Of a DNA stretch of 64,000 nucleotides, positions 13,584-27,660 are shown piece by piece; the stretch's first letter is position 1; the number at the start of each line of letters is the position of its first letter. The notes beneath the pieces are model-generated. The model did no database searches. It was given only the letters and a program-made list of their open reading frames with translations, and had not been told where the DNA came from. The stretch lies in assembly GCA_964016885.1 (NCBI GenBank), contig OZ024759.1:25296001-25360000 (forward strand), in the 5' to 3' direction. Both the position numbers and the translations under genes were made by a program. The stretch comes from Eledone cirrhosa (lineage: Eukaryota).

Positions 13584-15079
13584 CATATACCTACATATAT
13601 ATATATACATATGTACTTATACATATATATATATATATATACATATGTACTGATACATATATATACATATAAACACACACATATATATATCATATGTTAG
13701 TGAGAGGAATAGAGAAATGGAATGGAAACAGTTAAACAGTTAACAACCAATCACTCAATGACATTGCTTTACTTTTTACAACAATCACAATTAGGTTCGA
13801 TTTTGTTTTTTAACCTGTGATATCATATCAACAATATTGACGAATTTAAAATGGTTATTGAACTTAAACTTAAGATATTTGTTCTGTTTTTTTTAGTCCT
13901 GGATTATTTGTTTTCTCCTTGTTTCTGTTTTTTTTCTTCCTTTTCTGTTTTTTAGTGTTTTTTTCTCTTTCTGTTCTTTTTTCTTTTCTCTGAATTATTT
14001 GTTTTTCTTAGTCTGTTTTTTTCCCTTTTCTATTTTTCTTTTCCTGTTTTTTTTTACCTGTTTTCTTTTTTTTTTTTCTTTTCTGTTTTTTTTTAGTCTT
14101 GATTCTTTTTTCTGTTTTTGAAAGGATATATCTTCATTTGACATTGGCTTAATGGCTTCTCTCTGTGTTAATAGATTTTTTCACTTTACTTCACTTTTCT
14201 CCTGACACCACCCCCACCCCTTCCTCTCAACCCCATTCCCTACCCTTCCTTGCCTTGGGCCATTGTGGTGGTTTCTGCATTATGCAGTGTATACTGTGCA
14301 AATACAAGCCCACGGCAAAGCCCATCCCTCTCCTGGCTTAAATATGTTGGTTATGTTAATATATAGAGTGGAATGCTCATGTACTGAGATGCTATAAAAT
14401 AGCTTATAGAATAGGGTGAAGACCCCTAAAGATGGAAACAGGAGATGTCATGAACCACTTTTTTTTTTCATTTTTAAGAGTCTACACCCTATTTCATAAA
14501 CTATTTTCTATCATCTCCACACAAGTACACCATTCTTTATTTTAACATAATCAATATATTTACTTTATATTAACTTTATTCCTTCAGTGCGTCATAAAAG
14601 TCCAAGAGATCGGTTACATAGACACAATGTTTGTTGTACATATTAATTATATTTTAGTATGTCTTACCATTCCAACTTGCTGACAGAACAGTCAAGTGGA
14701 AAAGATGATGGATGAACTGAAGAAACATTAGATCGTTGGACAAAACGTCTTGTGGCATATATTCAGACATATTTTTGTGTTTTGAGATGAAATCTCACTA
14801 GTCCAACATATGTGATGGAAAGAGCTGGATGGACAGATGGATGGCGAACTTTCAAAAAAACGCCTTAAAGTTAAATGAATAAGCATTGTTGTCTCTGATT
14901 GAGATGAAGCGAGGGTATTTTTCTCTTGCATAATCCAGTATTTTAAAATGGCACTCTCAATTAAATCATGCGAAACCATTATGCTGACAAGGGTGAAGAA
15001 AATGAAGAAAGATTAAAATACTGAAAAATACCAGTAATAAACTGCGGGCAGTTTCTTTTTATTATTATTATTATCGTCA

Positions 15080-15960
15080 CTTTGCTTTTCATCCTTACGG
15101 GGTCGATAAAATAAAGTACCAGTAATGTACTGGGATAATTACTGGCCTTGTGCCAAAAGTAGAAACAGTTATCATCATCATTATCATTATTATTCCTGTG
15201 AAGGTCGTTGGGGGTAGCGTCCTCAAACACTCCTTGCAGCGGGTCATGTCAGAAGCAACTGTCCACCAGTAATAAACTGAGGATAGTTTCTTCTTATTAT
15301 TATTATCATTATGAGGGCGGTGGATTGGCAGTATCGGTAGAAGATCGGACGCCATGCTTCGATGTATAGAGTTACGGCCCTTGCCATTCTGAGTTCAAAT
15401 CCCGCCGAGTTTAACTTTGCCTTTCATCCTTACGGGGTCGATAAAATAAAGTACCAGTAATGCACTGGGTAATTGCTGGCCTTGTGCCAAAGATAGAAAC
15501 AATTATTATTATCATTATCATTATTATTCCTGCTGGATTGGCAGTATCGGTAGAGAGTAGGACACTATACTTTGCAGCATAGAGTTACAATCCTTTATGG
15601 TCTGAGTTCAAATCCCGCCAATGTTAACTTTTCCTTTCATCTTCACAGGGTCGATAAAATAAAGCACCAGTAATGTACTGGGGTTGATTTAATCGACTTT
15701 ATCCTCCCCACCAAAAAAAATTACTGGCCTTGTGCCTATACTAGAAATCATTATTATTCCTGTGAGGGTGGTGGTTTGGCAGTATCGGTAGAGGGTCGGA
15801 TGCCATGCTTTGCAGCAGAGTTACGCCCCTTCCTGATCTGAGTTCAAATCCTGCCGAGGTTAACTTTGCCTTTCATCCTTACGGGGTCGATAAAATAAAG
15901 TACCAGTAATACACTGGGATATTTGCTGGCCTTGTGCCAAAAGTAGAAACAATTATTATT
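15080..15960 (+). mobile_element. Tandem cluster of ~4 tRNA-derived SINEs (octopus OK/OR-type family)
   Basis: A-box-like tggcagtatcggtag, B-box gagttcaaatccc, body gcctttcatccttacggggtcgataaaataaagtaccag and (ATT)n tails. Other copies at ~235-380, 1145-1490, 8255-8620, 17480-17645, 25390-25585, 29320-29510, 30427-30620, 40243-40432, 45025-45510 and 55220-55405. Confidence 0.85.
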
Positions 15961-16391
15961 CCTGTGAGGGTCGTTTGGGGCAGAGTCCTCAAACAGTCCT
16001 TCCAGCGAGTCATGTCAGAAGCAACTGTCTCTACCAGTAATAAACTGAGGATGGTTTTGCTGCCCCCCCCCCCAAAAAAAAAAATATTTTAATAACTAAT
16101 GACTATTTTCTGGTTGAGAGGAGTGTTATGGAATAGTGATTGGTTTTTAAATAAGATTTACCATAGCAACTCTGATGAGGTCTCAGATTCGAAGTCATTT
16201 ATTATTAACAGAAACGTCGAGAAGAGCTGAGATTTATGGAAAATTTGGAAAACAACAACAACAACAGAAAACAAACCAATAAACAATTAAACAAATATGT
16301 AAATAAATGAATAAATAAATTACATGGTAAAGAGAAAAAATAACAGAAATTGCATTATTTCCCCCACCCTTATTGTTTCTGTTATAAATAA

Positions 16392-16505
16392 TAATGATGA
16401 TGGTGATGGTGATGGTGATAAGGGTGATGGTGGTGGTGATGGTGTCGATGATGATGACGAAGATGACAATAATGATGATGATGATGATGTTGATGATAAT
16501 GACGC

Positions 16506-16536
<31 letters not shown>

Positions 16537-16587
16537 ATATCAATATGATGAAGTTGGCTATAATAATGATCGGTGATGATCTCATCG

Positions 16588-16623
<36 letters not shown>

Positions 16624-16865
16624 CCATCTCCACCATCACCAACACCATCAGCATCATCATTATCATCATCATCGTCATCCTCCCCAACACCATCATCACC
16701 ACCACTACCGTTTCCACCATCACCAACAACACCACCACCACTACCACCACCACCATCGCCAACACCACCACCACCACCTCCCCCATCACCAACACCACCA
16801 CCACCATCACCAACACCACCACCACCACCATCACCACCACCACTACCACCACCATCATCATCACT
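16392..16865. repeat. (GAT/GGT)n followed by (CAT/CAC)n trinucleotide repeats, loosely self-complementary
   Basis: Direct inspection. Confidence 0.9.
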
Positions 16866-18009
16866 AAACCAAATCATAGAAACATTGGTAGAATAATTAA
16901 ACCGAATCCATTAATTAATATGTGCATTAAAAAAAAATAGTTATTAATGACAAAAATAAGGAAAAATGGAAATGTCATTATTATGTTGTTGGTAGTGATG
17001 ATGGTGGTGGTGGTAGTGGTGTGATATGCTGCTGTTGTTGTTGGTGCTGGTGGTGGTGTGATATACTGTTGGTGGTGCTGGTGTTGGTGGTAGTGGTCCT
17101 GTTCTTGTTGGAGGATGTGGGGGGGGAGGGTATGAGGGGCCGCTCAAACCTGAAGTGCCCCGGGTCCCCCAAGGTCAAAATCCAACCCTGCTTGCAAAAA
17201 CATTCAAGAAGGTCCTATCAGAAGCAATTCTCTGGTTGGATCCTCAACCACAACCAACCATTTTTTTTTTTTTGCCTGTGAATTCTGTCCTCTGATTCTT
17301 TTCTGGGGCTTTCTAACAACACATCCATAGTAGGGAAACTGTGAAGTAGCGGCTCTACTTGATACAACTCTCTGGTCTCTGAGCTAGAACCCTATCAAGT
17401 AACATTACTACAAAGAAACTTTGCAGAAACACCACAGTCCTGTCTCTTAAAATAAACACTAAAAAAATATTATGGGCATAAGAAGGTGGTAAATTGCCAG
17501 AGGAGTTGTTAGAATGTAGGATGGAATGCTTTGTGGTATTCGTTCCAGCTCTCTGCTCTCTGAGTTCAAATCCCGCAGAGGTCAACTTTGCCTTTCATCC
17601 TGTCGAGGTCGAAAAAAAAAAATACCTATTCAGTACTGGAGTCAATTCTTTCTCTCTTCCTCTCACTTTCTATCTTGCTCTGGAAGAAATCTGCTATGTT
17701 CAACCTGGAGAGGTAATGGACTCGCCCAGTTCAAAAATGCCCTAGATACACCCTATGGCATGATCACCTTTGCCTTTTATCCTTTCAAGGTTGATAAATA
17801 ATGTACCAGACCAGTATTGGGGTCGATTCTTCCTCAATATCTCTTTCCCAATTCCTCTCTCTTTTACTCCTTGTTTGATAGAAATCAGTTATGTTCAGAC
17901 CCGGAAAGAAGGTGGGTTCCACCAGGTTTGAAATGGCCAAGACTCACCATATGTCACTATGAGAGGCTACGACCATACAATTCCAGCAGAAGTTACATTA
18001 CAAGTACAT

Positions 18010-18455
18010 ATATTTACATTCACATACTGAACACCCATGTATATATATACAGTCACATCCTGAACATCCATGCAGTTCAGTCTATTTCTTCTTCACAAAA
18101 ATGGCTACTAACGTACAGACCTAAGATACCAATTTTTTGGACAACTAAGCACACGTTTTCATTTGTACAAATATATTTTAATAAAATTGAACAAATGCAA
18201 CCCAGTGTTTACACATCATAATTTCTAACATATATACTGAACACCCATGTATACACATGCATAAGTTATGGATACTCACATTTATATATATACCTTCATA
18301 TACTGAACACCTAAGTATATATGTACCCAAGTTACGGGTACACACACACATATATATATATATAGCTGTTGAAACAGCAGGAGCTCAGCCGTCGGGATCC
18401 CAAATCCTTCATATATATCTATCTATATATATATAGATAGATAGATAGATATATG

Positions 18456-18498
<43 letters not shown>

Positions 18499-18760
18499 CA
18501 TTCACATACTGAATACCCATGTAAATATTTACCCAAGCTATGAGTTTATATATATATATATATATATACATTCACATCCTTAACATCCATGCAGTTCAGT
18601 CTATTTCTTCTTCACAAAAATGGCTGCTAATATACAAACTTAAAATACCAATTCTTTTTACAACAAAAAATATCCCAAGCGCTCATTTTTGTTCATAAAA
18701 ATATATTTTAATAAAATTGAACGAACACAACTCAGTGTTTACACATCATAATTTTTAACA
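18010..18760. repeat. Local tandem duplication (~520-bp period)
   Basis: catccatgcagttcagtctatttcttcttcacaaaaatggct at ~18065 and ~18584. Confidence 0.8.
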
Positions 18761-19251
18761 TGTTTATTGGCCCAATAAAAATATGCTCAATTACTCCATT
18801 ACTTTATTTTCAATTGTGTGTTTTGTCCTTTTTTTGAAATTTAAATTTATTCTATTGTTTCCAAGAAGAATTATTAATAAAGATGAAGATAAACTATAAA
18901 CAACGGTGCTCTTTAAAATATAACATTTTAGCTTTCACTAATATTTCAAATTTTCCAATCATACATTATGGGTTTTATATCATCCAAATGGTTTTCTGTC
19001 AAACTCCAAATTTTTACCGCTTGGATGGAAGGAGGCTATTCCCCCCCCCCCCCTGTCAATGGTCGCAGCCATTTTAAATACACAAACACTCTATAAGTAG
19101 TTTGATGTAGTTGTACCATGGTGGCGATGGTGGTGGTAATGGGGATGGTTATGGTGTTTATGGTGATGGGGTGGCAGTGGTGGTGATTGTTGTTATTGTG
19201 GTGGTGGTAATGGTAGTGGTGTTGGTGATTGCACTGTTGTAGAGTGTAAAC

Positions 19252-19386
19252 ATCATGTTCAATATAGAAATGGCTTCTGCAGCAGTAAAACTGTTTCATT
19301 CAAAAGAAATCATTAGGAAAGCCTATGATTTCTTTTGAATGAAACAGTTCTAGTCCTGTAGAAGCCATTTCTATATTAATCATGAT
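19252..19386. repeat. Imperfect palindrome with hammerhead-like boxes (related copy at 51181-51242)
   Basis: aatatagaaatggcttct...ctgtttcattcaaaagaaatcattagg / cctatgatttcttttgaatgaaacag...agaagccatttctatatt. Confidence 0.8.
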
Positions 19387-20519
19387 ATATATATATTATC
19401 ACAAACATCTGATGGGCTTCCAAACAGCTTCCGTCTACCCAATTTCACTTACAAGGCATGGATTGATAGAGGCTTAGCCCTTTAACATTTAAACCGGCCA
19501 TATCCAGCCAGAATTCTCTCACCTCTTTCTGCTCAAACCAGTTGTAGCTTGCCACTTATATTTATGTTAAGGTATTGTTCTCAAAATAAATAATACCAAA
19601 ATTTCATAGATTTGATATTATGTGAGATAATTATGCGAGATAAAACCTTTACAGTGAAAATATAGTAGTAAATATAGAGTAATGTAAATGCTAAAGGATT
19701 AAGTAAATGATATCTCACCCCTACTCTACCCCAACCAAGAAGCAAAGCCTGGTGATGGGCCTGTCCAAGATGCCACCCAGTGGGATAGAACCCAGGAGCT
19801 AATGATTACACTATTCGGCCATACTGCCTCTTTAGTGTGCCAGAGTAGCTGCACATTAAAACCAACAGATTATATACTGCTGAACTCTTGATAAAATGAG
19901 TGTGTGTCTATGTGTCTCCTTGTATGCATGTGTATGTCTATGTGTGTGTGTATGTCTCTTTGTTTTTGTGTATGTCTGTGTGTTTATGTGTGTCTGCATG
20001 TGTGTCAGTGTGTGTGTTTGTATTGTCAGTGAGTTTTTGTGTCAGTATGTGCATATCAGTGTCTGTGCAAATGCATATGTACACCTGTATGTATGTTCAT
20101 GTGTATGTCTGTATATGTATGCATGTATATGTGCACCTGAATGTATGCATGACTCTACATATCTATGTCTGTATGTATGTGCATGTGACTGTATATGTAT
20201 GTCTCTGTATATGTATGTCTGTATATGTGTGTGTCTATGTATGTATGTGCATGTAACTGCATATGTATGTCTCTGTATATGTATGTCTGTATATGTATGT
20301 GTGTATATGTGCGGGTCTGTATGTATGTGCATATGTGTATGTACCAGTGATAGGTTATTAAGGTCTCTTCAGCTTACCACCCACCCACCGCCACCACATG
20401 ACACGATAGTCTAACATACGGCCTCTGTTTATGTTAATTCTGATCCGTAACCTATAATTTTATATATTTTATATTCAGTCCTCACTTGGCAAAGTCCTTC
20501 GAGACTGACATTAGCGTGT

Positions 20520-20520
20520 G

Positions 20521-20574
<54 letters not shown>

Positions 20575-20629
20575 TATACATACATATATCCATATATATA
20601 TACATACATATATATAGAGATATACACAT

Positions 20630-20703
<74 letters not shown>

Positions 20704-20729
20704 GATATGTATATATATATATATAGATA

Positions 20730-20797
<68 letters not shown>

Positions 20798-20823
20798 GAT
20801 ATGTATATATATATATATAGATA

Positions 20824-20873
<50 letters not shown>

Positions 20874-20936
20874 GATATGTATATATATATATATAGATAT
20901 ATATATTATATATAGATATATATATTATATATATAT

Positions 20937-20969
<33 letters not shown>

Positions 20970-21199
20970 GAATATATATATTATATATATATGTATATAT
21001 ATATTATATATATATGTATATATATATTATATATATATGTATATATATATTATATATATATGAATATATATATTATATATATATGTATATATATATTATA
21101 TATATATTATATATATATGTATATATATATTATATATATATGTATATATATATTATATATATATGTATATATATATTATATATATATGTATATATATAT

Positions 21200-21231
<32 letters not shown>

Positions 21232-21983
21232 GTATATATATATTATATATATGTGAATATATATATTATATATATATGTATATATATATTATATATATAT
21301 GTATATATATATTATATATATATGTATATATATATATTATATATATGTATATATATATATTATATATATGTATATATATATTATATATATGTATATATAT
21401 ATTATATATATGTATATATATATTATATATATGTATATATATATTATATGTATATATATATTATATATATATATTATATATATGTATATATATATTATAT
21501 CTATATATATATATATATATAGATAGTATATATATATATACATATATATAGATAGATAGTATATATATAGAGAGATAGTATATATATATATAGATAGTAT
21601 ATATATATATATAGATAGTATATATATAGAGAGATAGTATATATATAGAGAGATAGTATATATATATATATATATAAACATATACACACAAATATGAATA
21701 CATTACATCCATATGTATATATGCTCATACATACACACATACATATACAAACAAATACACATACACACTCCAACACACACATACAAGGTAATCAACACAA
21801 TGACATGTGTATCTACACAAACACACACATATAAATATACATACACATACAAATTTGTTTATTATTCATATATTTCTTTCATACTGCATTGACATAAATA
21901 TTCATAGCAACTCATACATATAGATAGACAAATTGATGGATAGACATTCAGGCAATCAGGCATACAGATACATATATGTGTGT

Positions 21984-22020
<37 letters not shown>

Positions 22021-22177
22021 GTACACAAACATATATATATATATATAATGTACACAAACATATATGTATATATATATAATGTACACAAACATATATATAT
22101 ATATAATGTACACTAACATATATATATATATATATATATATAATGTGCACAAACATATATATATATATATTATTTGC

Positions 22178-22212
<35 letters not shown>

Positions 22213-22364
22213 ATAAATATATAATGTGCACAAACATATATATATATATTATTTACATATATATATATATATAAATATATAATGTGCACATACATATATA
22301 TATATTTTTGCATATACATACTATATATATGCATATACATGTACATGCACATGTATGTACTTAT

Positions 22365-22422
<58 letters not shown>

Positions 22423-22445
22423 ACACACACACACATATATATCTA
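20520..22445. repeat. Complex (TA)n microsatellite/minisatellite block (similar blocks at 10490-10790, 11235-11480, 13398-13695, 26345-27335, 49890-50140, 52075-52405)
   Basis: Direct inspection. Confidence 0.95.
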
Positions 22446-23452
22446 TATATATTCTTTTCCTACTATATCAAGTGTTAAACTAATATATATTTTCATTGCA
22501 CTGTATTGTTTTGCTGTATTGTTTATCTGTTTACATTTCACATGCCCCTGCCTATATATATATATATAAAGATAGAGATGTATTAGCAATTTATCATTAC
22601 AATGAAACAAGAATCATTTATGTATCTTACACGATATATACACATATATATATACATGCATATATGTAAACTCTGGTACAAACACTACACCTGTGACAAT
22701 TATTGACACATAGTGCTGGGCCCTTGGTACCATGTGACGACAAGTGTAGAGAGATCCCCAAATATAAAGCAATGCCTGTGCCGTGAAGCTTTTATAGTGA
22801 GCAAAGGCACTGCACAAAGCCAGTCCCACTCTCTTAACCCAAGATGATATTTACCAAAAAGAAGAACAAGTCAACATCATTGGATACCATCAGGGTTGCA
22901 GGTGTTATATCAGAGTTTTCCTTCTCCTAGAATTCTGCCTTGACAAAGGCTAAGGGGTCATCTCTCCCGGTGATTTTGGATGGCCATTGACTCTTAAGAG
23001 CTCCTTTGCCTTATACATATATATATACATACATATATACATACATATATACATACATATATACATACATATATACATACATACACATACATATATACAT
23101 ACATAAATACATACATACATACATACATACACATATACATACATACATATATATATATGAGAATGGAGGTGGTAAAAACCAGTTAGAACATTACTCACCA
23201 GAGTACTGGATACTTGAGGTAGTAAAGTAGATAATATGAAAAAACCAGGATCCCGACAGCTGAGCTTTGGCTGTTTCAACAGCTAGATCCAAGTTCAAAT
23301 CTAGCTGTTGAAATGGCTGGAGCTCAGCCGCTGGGGTTCATTCCTTTTGGATAGATATGATATTTTTAAACCTTTTTCTTGCAGGAAAATCTGTCAGTTG
23401 TATGATCATTCTAAAAAAGTTTTAAAATTTCATTTTTTCTATTTCCTTTCAG

Positions 23453-24260
23453 ACAACTATTGTTAAATGAGACTCAGTTACTAGAAAACAATAAAAACGA
23501 TGTCACAAATAACAGTGTCGTTAATTCCAGTTCTTCGAAAGATTTGAATATTCTGCATGTTGTTTGCAACGGTACCGTTACGGAAGGAAATGGTGACGTT
23601 TCTGGAAGTATTGAGAAAATACTTATCTCTTCAATGAAAGATGGAGATGCGTCTAACATGAATGCATTTGATTATTTCAACACCAGTAAAATTGCTAGCA
23701 TTGATAACTGTCGTATTAATTCCACCGAAAATACTCAACTGTCTGATCACAATGGCAGCACAATTCCTACAAATTCTCTAATGTCTACGTTGAGATTCCC
23801 AAAATGGTCCAATTCATATAATGCTCTCTTGATCCCATCTGTTACCCTCGAAGGAAAAGCCGTTGTTCATAGCCAAATTTCCCAGTCCCAACCTGAAGAA
23901 ACGACAGCGTTTAGTAACCTAACCCCTAAACAAAAATACCCAGGAAACGTATCAAATGCAGAGCTGGCTATGATGAAACTTTCTACTAAAACTTGTCAGA
24001 TGGCCAATGCCATTGCTACAGATGGCTTGCCATTTGGTGTTTTCCTTGAGAAAAGACTAAAGAAAAATTTCTCTTTGAATGGTTTCTGTGTTCAAAATAG
24101 CAAGAATTTAAATCTTATACCTGAGTTAGGATTTACTGAAACAATTATCGAAAACCCTGGTCCATTTTGCCCAGACACCGATTTTCATGCTTTTCGTCTC
24201 CAGTTCACACAATTACCTCAGGCTTGTCCGACCTGCTGGAGCAGTCAAAGGAACCGATGA
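23453..24260 (+). CDS. Large coding exon of an unidentified gene (Ser/Asn/Thr-rich, ~268 codons)
   Basis: Strong acceptor ttttttctatttcctttcag at 23452 and an 800-nt stop-free non-repetitive frame in AT-rich DNA. GTAAGT lies 7 nt after the stop. Confidence 0.6.
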
Positions 24261-24929
24261 CAGCTCAGTAAGTAAAAGATCAATACATCTCACCTTAAAA
24301 CCATTTAAACAATCCCAATTCCTGAATACTTCCTCAGTTCAAGACATTAAATCTCACATTTAAGACTGATTGAGTCTGACTTTCTCTTTGAACAGTTTCA
24401 GTTTTCAGTAAAATATTCTTCAAGTCTATTTCCACTGGAGTGAGTCGGAAAATAGCAGTGTTGAACTTCCATAGATGACAGAAGAGAGAATTGGAGGATT
24501 ACAGAGTTGGACTTCCATAGATGTCATAGAAGAGAGTTGGATTTTAACAGCAGTTCTGGACTTCCATCAAACCCATGCTAGCGTGGAAGATAGACGTTAA
24601 ATGATGATGATGATGATGATGATGATGACAGAAGAGAGAGTCAGGGTTAGCAGTGTTTGACTATAAGCTAAATAAGCTATAGCTTAAGCCCACATGAGGG
24701 TCTCGTTTTTAAAAATATATTTTTATTTTATCATTAGTTATTCTTTAACAGTAAATCATTAAAAAAAAATGTCTATCAGGAATCAGAAAGAAGAGTGTGA
24801 AAAGGAAATATTAGTGACAGAAAATACCTGGGTACCAGAATGAGGGGAGGGGATGGGTGCAACACCTGAAAGTCTTGGAATCTATATAAAGTAGGGTCCC
24901 GTTATTTTTCCATTTCTATTTTGTGTTCC

Positions 24930-25365
24930 AGCTGAGGGGCTGGGGTCATGCTGGGGCACTGCCACCGATGCTATACTTTCTATAGCCAGCCTTACCTGGT
25001 TGGCCATTGATGCAAAAGGGAGTTTGTTGCTGTTGCTCTTATTTGTGCTTCGTGCTGTGGGTTCATCTGGGACCTTGGTCAGTAGAATGTCAAAATGTCT
25101 CTTGAAAAAAATCCACATGCACACCATATAGATCTCTCAGATATTTTGGCAGCTTATTAAAAAGCTGAGGTCCCTTGAACCGCAGGTTATTGCAGTAAGT
25201 GGTCCTTATTCTCAATGCGACAGATGAGACCTTTAGCACTACACAGTAGCATCCTATTTGTGGGCTGGTCCTGCCTTCAGTGTTGAAGTTTGGTGCTAAC
25301 CCTTCCAGGATCATCCATATGTATATCATTGTATATCTCTCCCATCTACGCTCCAGGGAGTAATC
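24930..25365 (-). mobile_element. CR1/L2-group LINE 3' fragment
   Basis: YSLERRWERYTMIYIWMILEGLAPN...GPQLFNKLP..LRDL...FFKRHFDILLTKVPDEP. Confidence 0.8.
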
Positions 25366-26161
25366 ATTATAATCATTATTATTATTTTGATTGCCATAAT
25401 CAGTAGAGCGTCGGACAACATGCTTTGCAGCATAGAGTTATGGCCCTTTATACTCAGAATTCAAATCTCGCCAAGATTAGCTTTGCCTTTCATCCTTACA
25501 AGGCTGATAAAATAAAGTACCAGTAACACACTGGGGTAGATTTAATTGACTTTCTCCTGCCCCCAAATCAGAAACCTTTGTTATTATTTTTTTTTTTTTT
25601 TTTTGTCATACTGGGGTTAAAAATTGATTTACCTGAAGCAGACCAAATACCTGAAAGTCTAGTGTTCATCTATAGGTTAATAAGTCCCAATGTGTATAGG
25701 TACCAAGAGCAAAGAACTGTCTAGAAAGTTAATATAGTCATTTATACTCGTCTCTAAATTTACCTTCTACTGTATTGTTAGTGTCTAACTTGTGTGGAGT
25801 GACTGTGGGACTGTATTAAGCCTCGCTGAATAATACAAAATAATGATATGTGATTCTATAAGATAGCTTAATGATAACTAACATTAAAAAAACTTAGGTT
25901 AAGAATAGAATAGAATAGAGACTGATTATAGATGTTGTACTCATTCTCCTTCTCTCTCTCATACACTTTCGTTCTTCTTATCTCACACTCTCTGATACTC
26001 TCTCTATCTCTCTCTCTCTCACTCTGTATCAGACACACTTTATTTCTCTTTGTCTCACACTCTCTAATAGTTTGTCTTTCTCTCATTTTTTTCTAAATGC
26101 TCGTTTGTATATGTGTATGGCTGTGTATATTTTATATGTAGATTCTTATATATATATATAT

Positions 26162-26192
<31 letters not shown>

Positions 26193-26343
26193 GATTTATA
26201 TATATATAAATGTGCATGTATCTTTGCAGACAATAATGCGCATGCGCACACACGTGTGTATATGTGTGTGTCGATATGCATATAGATATGAGTAATCATG
26301 TATGTGTACACATTATTGACAGTATATGTTTTGTATGTATACA

Positions 26344-26408
<65 letters not shown>

Positions 26409-26441
26409 TCATTTTACGTCCGCTTTTCCCTGCTTGCAAGG

Positions 26442-26482
<41 letters not shown>

Positions 26483-27093
26483 CAGACATACAGATAGATA
26501 TATATATACATACATATATACATATAGATATATATACATACATATATACATATAGATATATATACATACATATATGCATATATACATACATATATACATA
26601 CATATATACATACATATATACATACATATATACATACATATATACATATATACATACATATATACATATAGATATATATACATATATACATATAGATATA
26701 TATACATATATACATATATACATATATACATATATACATATATACATATATATATATATATACATACATATATACATATATATACATATACATATATATA
26801 TATATATACATACATATATACATATATATACATATATATATATATACATACATACATATATATATATACATACATATATATATATATATACATACATACA
26901 TATATACATACATACGTATATACATGTACATACTTATATACATACATATATACATATACATACATATATACATACATATACATACATATATACATATACA
27001 TACATATATACATTTACATAGATATATACATATATACATACATATACATACATATATACATATACATACATAGATACATACTATACATACATA

Positions 27094-27125
<32 letters not shown>

Positions 27126-27335
27126 CTATACTATACATATATCTACATACATACTATACTATACATATACATACATACTATATTATACATATATATACAT
27201 ATATATATATTTACATACATATATACATATATACATACATAAATACATATATATATATATATAAATATACATATATACATACATATGCATATATATATAT
27301 ATACATATAAATATACATATATATATATATATACA

Positions 27336-27660
27336 TGGAGGCACATGGCTTAGTGGTTTGAGCATTTGCCTTGCAATAGAAAGGTAGTGAGTTCAATTCT
27401 CAGACCGGGTGATGTGTTGTTTCCTTGAGCAAGACACTTTATTTCACATTGCTCCAGTTTACTCAGCTGTAGAACTGTGGTCCATATCATTCCATTGCAA
27501 ATTGGTCGTGGAGGTGCCACGGCAAAAAAGCACCCAGCACTCACTGTAAATGAGGTTGGTGTTAGGAAGGGCATCCAGCTGTAGAAATCAAGCTTAAATC
27601 AGTTCCCGTCCCACCCTTGCAAGCAGGGAAAAAGCGGACGTAAAATGAAATGATGATGAA
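27336..27660 (+). mobile_element. Second tRNA-derived SINE family with an RTE-like 3' tail (other copies at 59425-59755 minus, ~11520-11800, 54700-54830, 2145-2355)
   Basis: tggcttagtggt...gagttcaattc head, cttgagcaagacact body, and tail gttggtgttaggaagggcatccagc...gcaagcagggaaaaagcggacgtaaaatga. Confidence 0.8.

Noticed and set aside
14728-14983. Minus-strand ORF with a good pyrimidine acceptor
   Set aside because: No recognisable homology and no partner exons, so it cannot be distinguished from chance.
16172-16230. CTGATGAG...GAAACGTC hammerhead-like boxes
   Set aside because: No convincing stem I or II pairing.
16320-17281. Poly-G/D/S/H/P ORFs in all frames
   Set aside because: Trinucleotide repeats are open in every frame, with no splice or domain support.
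17688-17960. Two similar short AG...GT segments as upstream exons of the plus-strand gene
   Set aside because: They look like a diverged local duplication, and the frame and link to the 23453 exon cannot be established.
20429-22569. Many YIYI/CVCV-rich ORFs (also at 10.4-11.9, 13.4, 26.3-27.8 and 49-52 kb)
   Set aside because: Stop-free translations of (TA)n/(CA)n microsatellites.
27336-27410. tRNA gene candidates
   Set aside because: A/B boxes run into SINE bodies and no full cloverleaf forms, so these are SINE heads.
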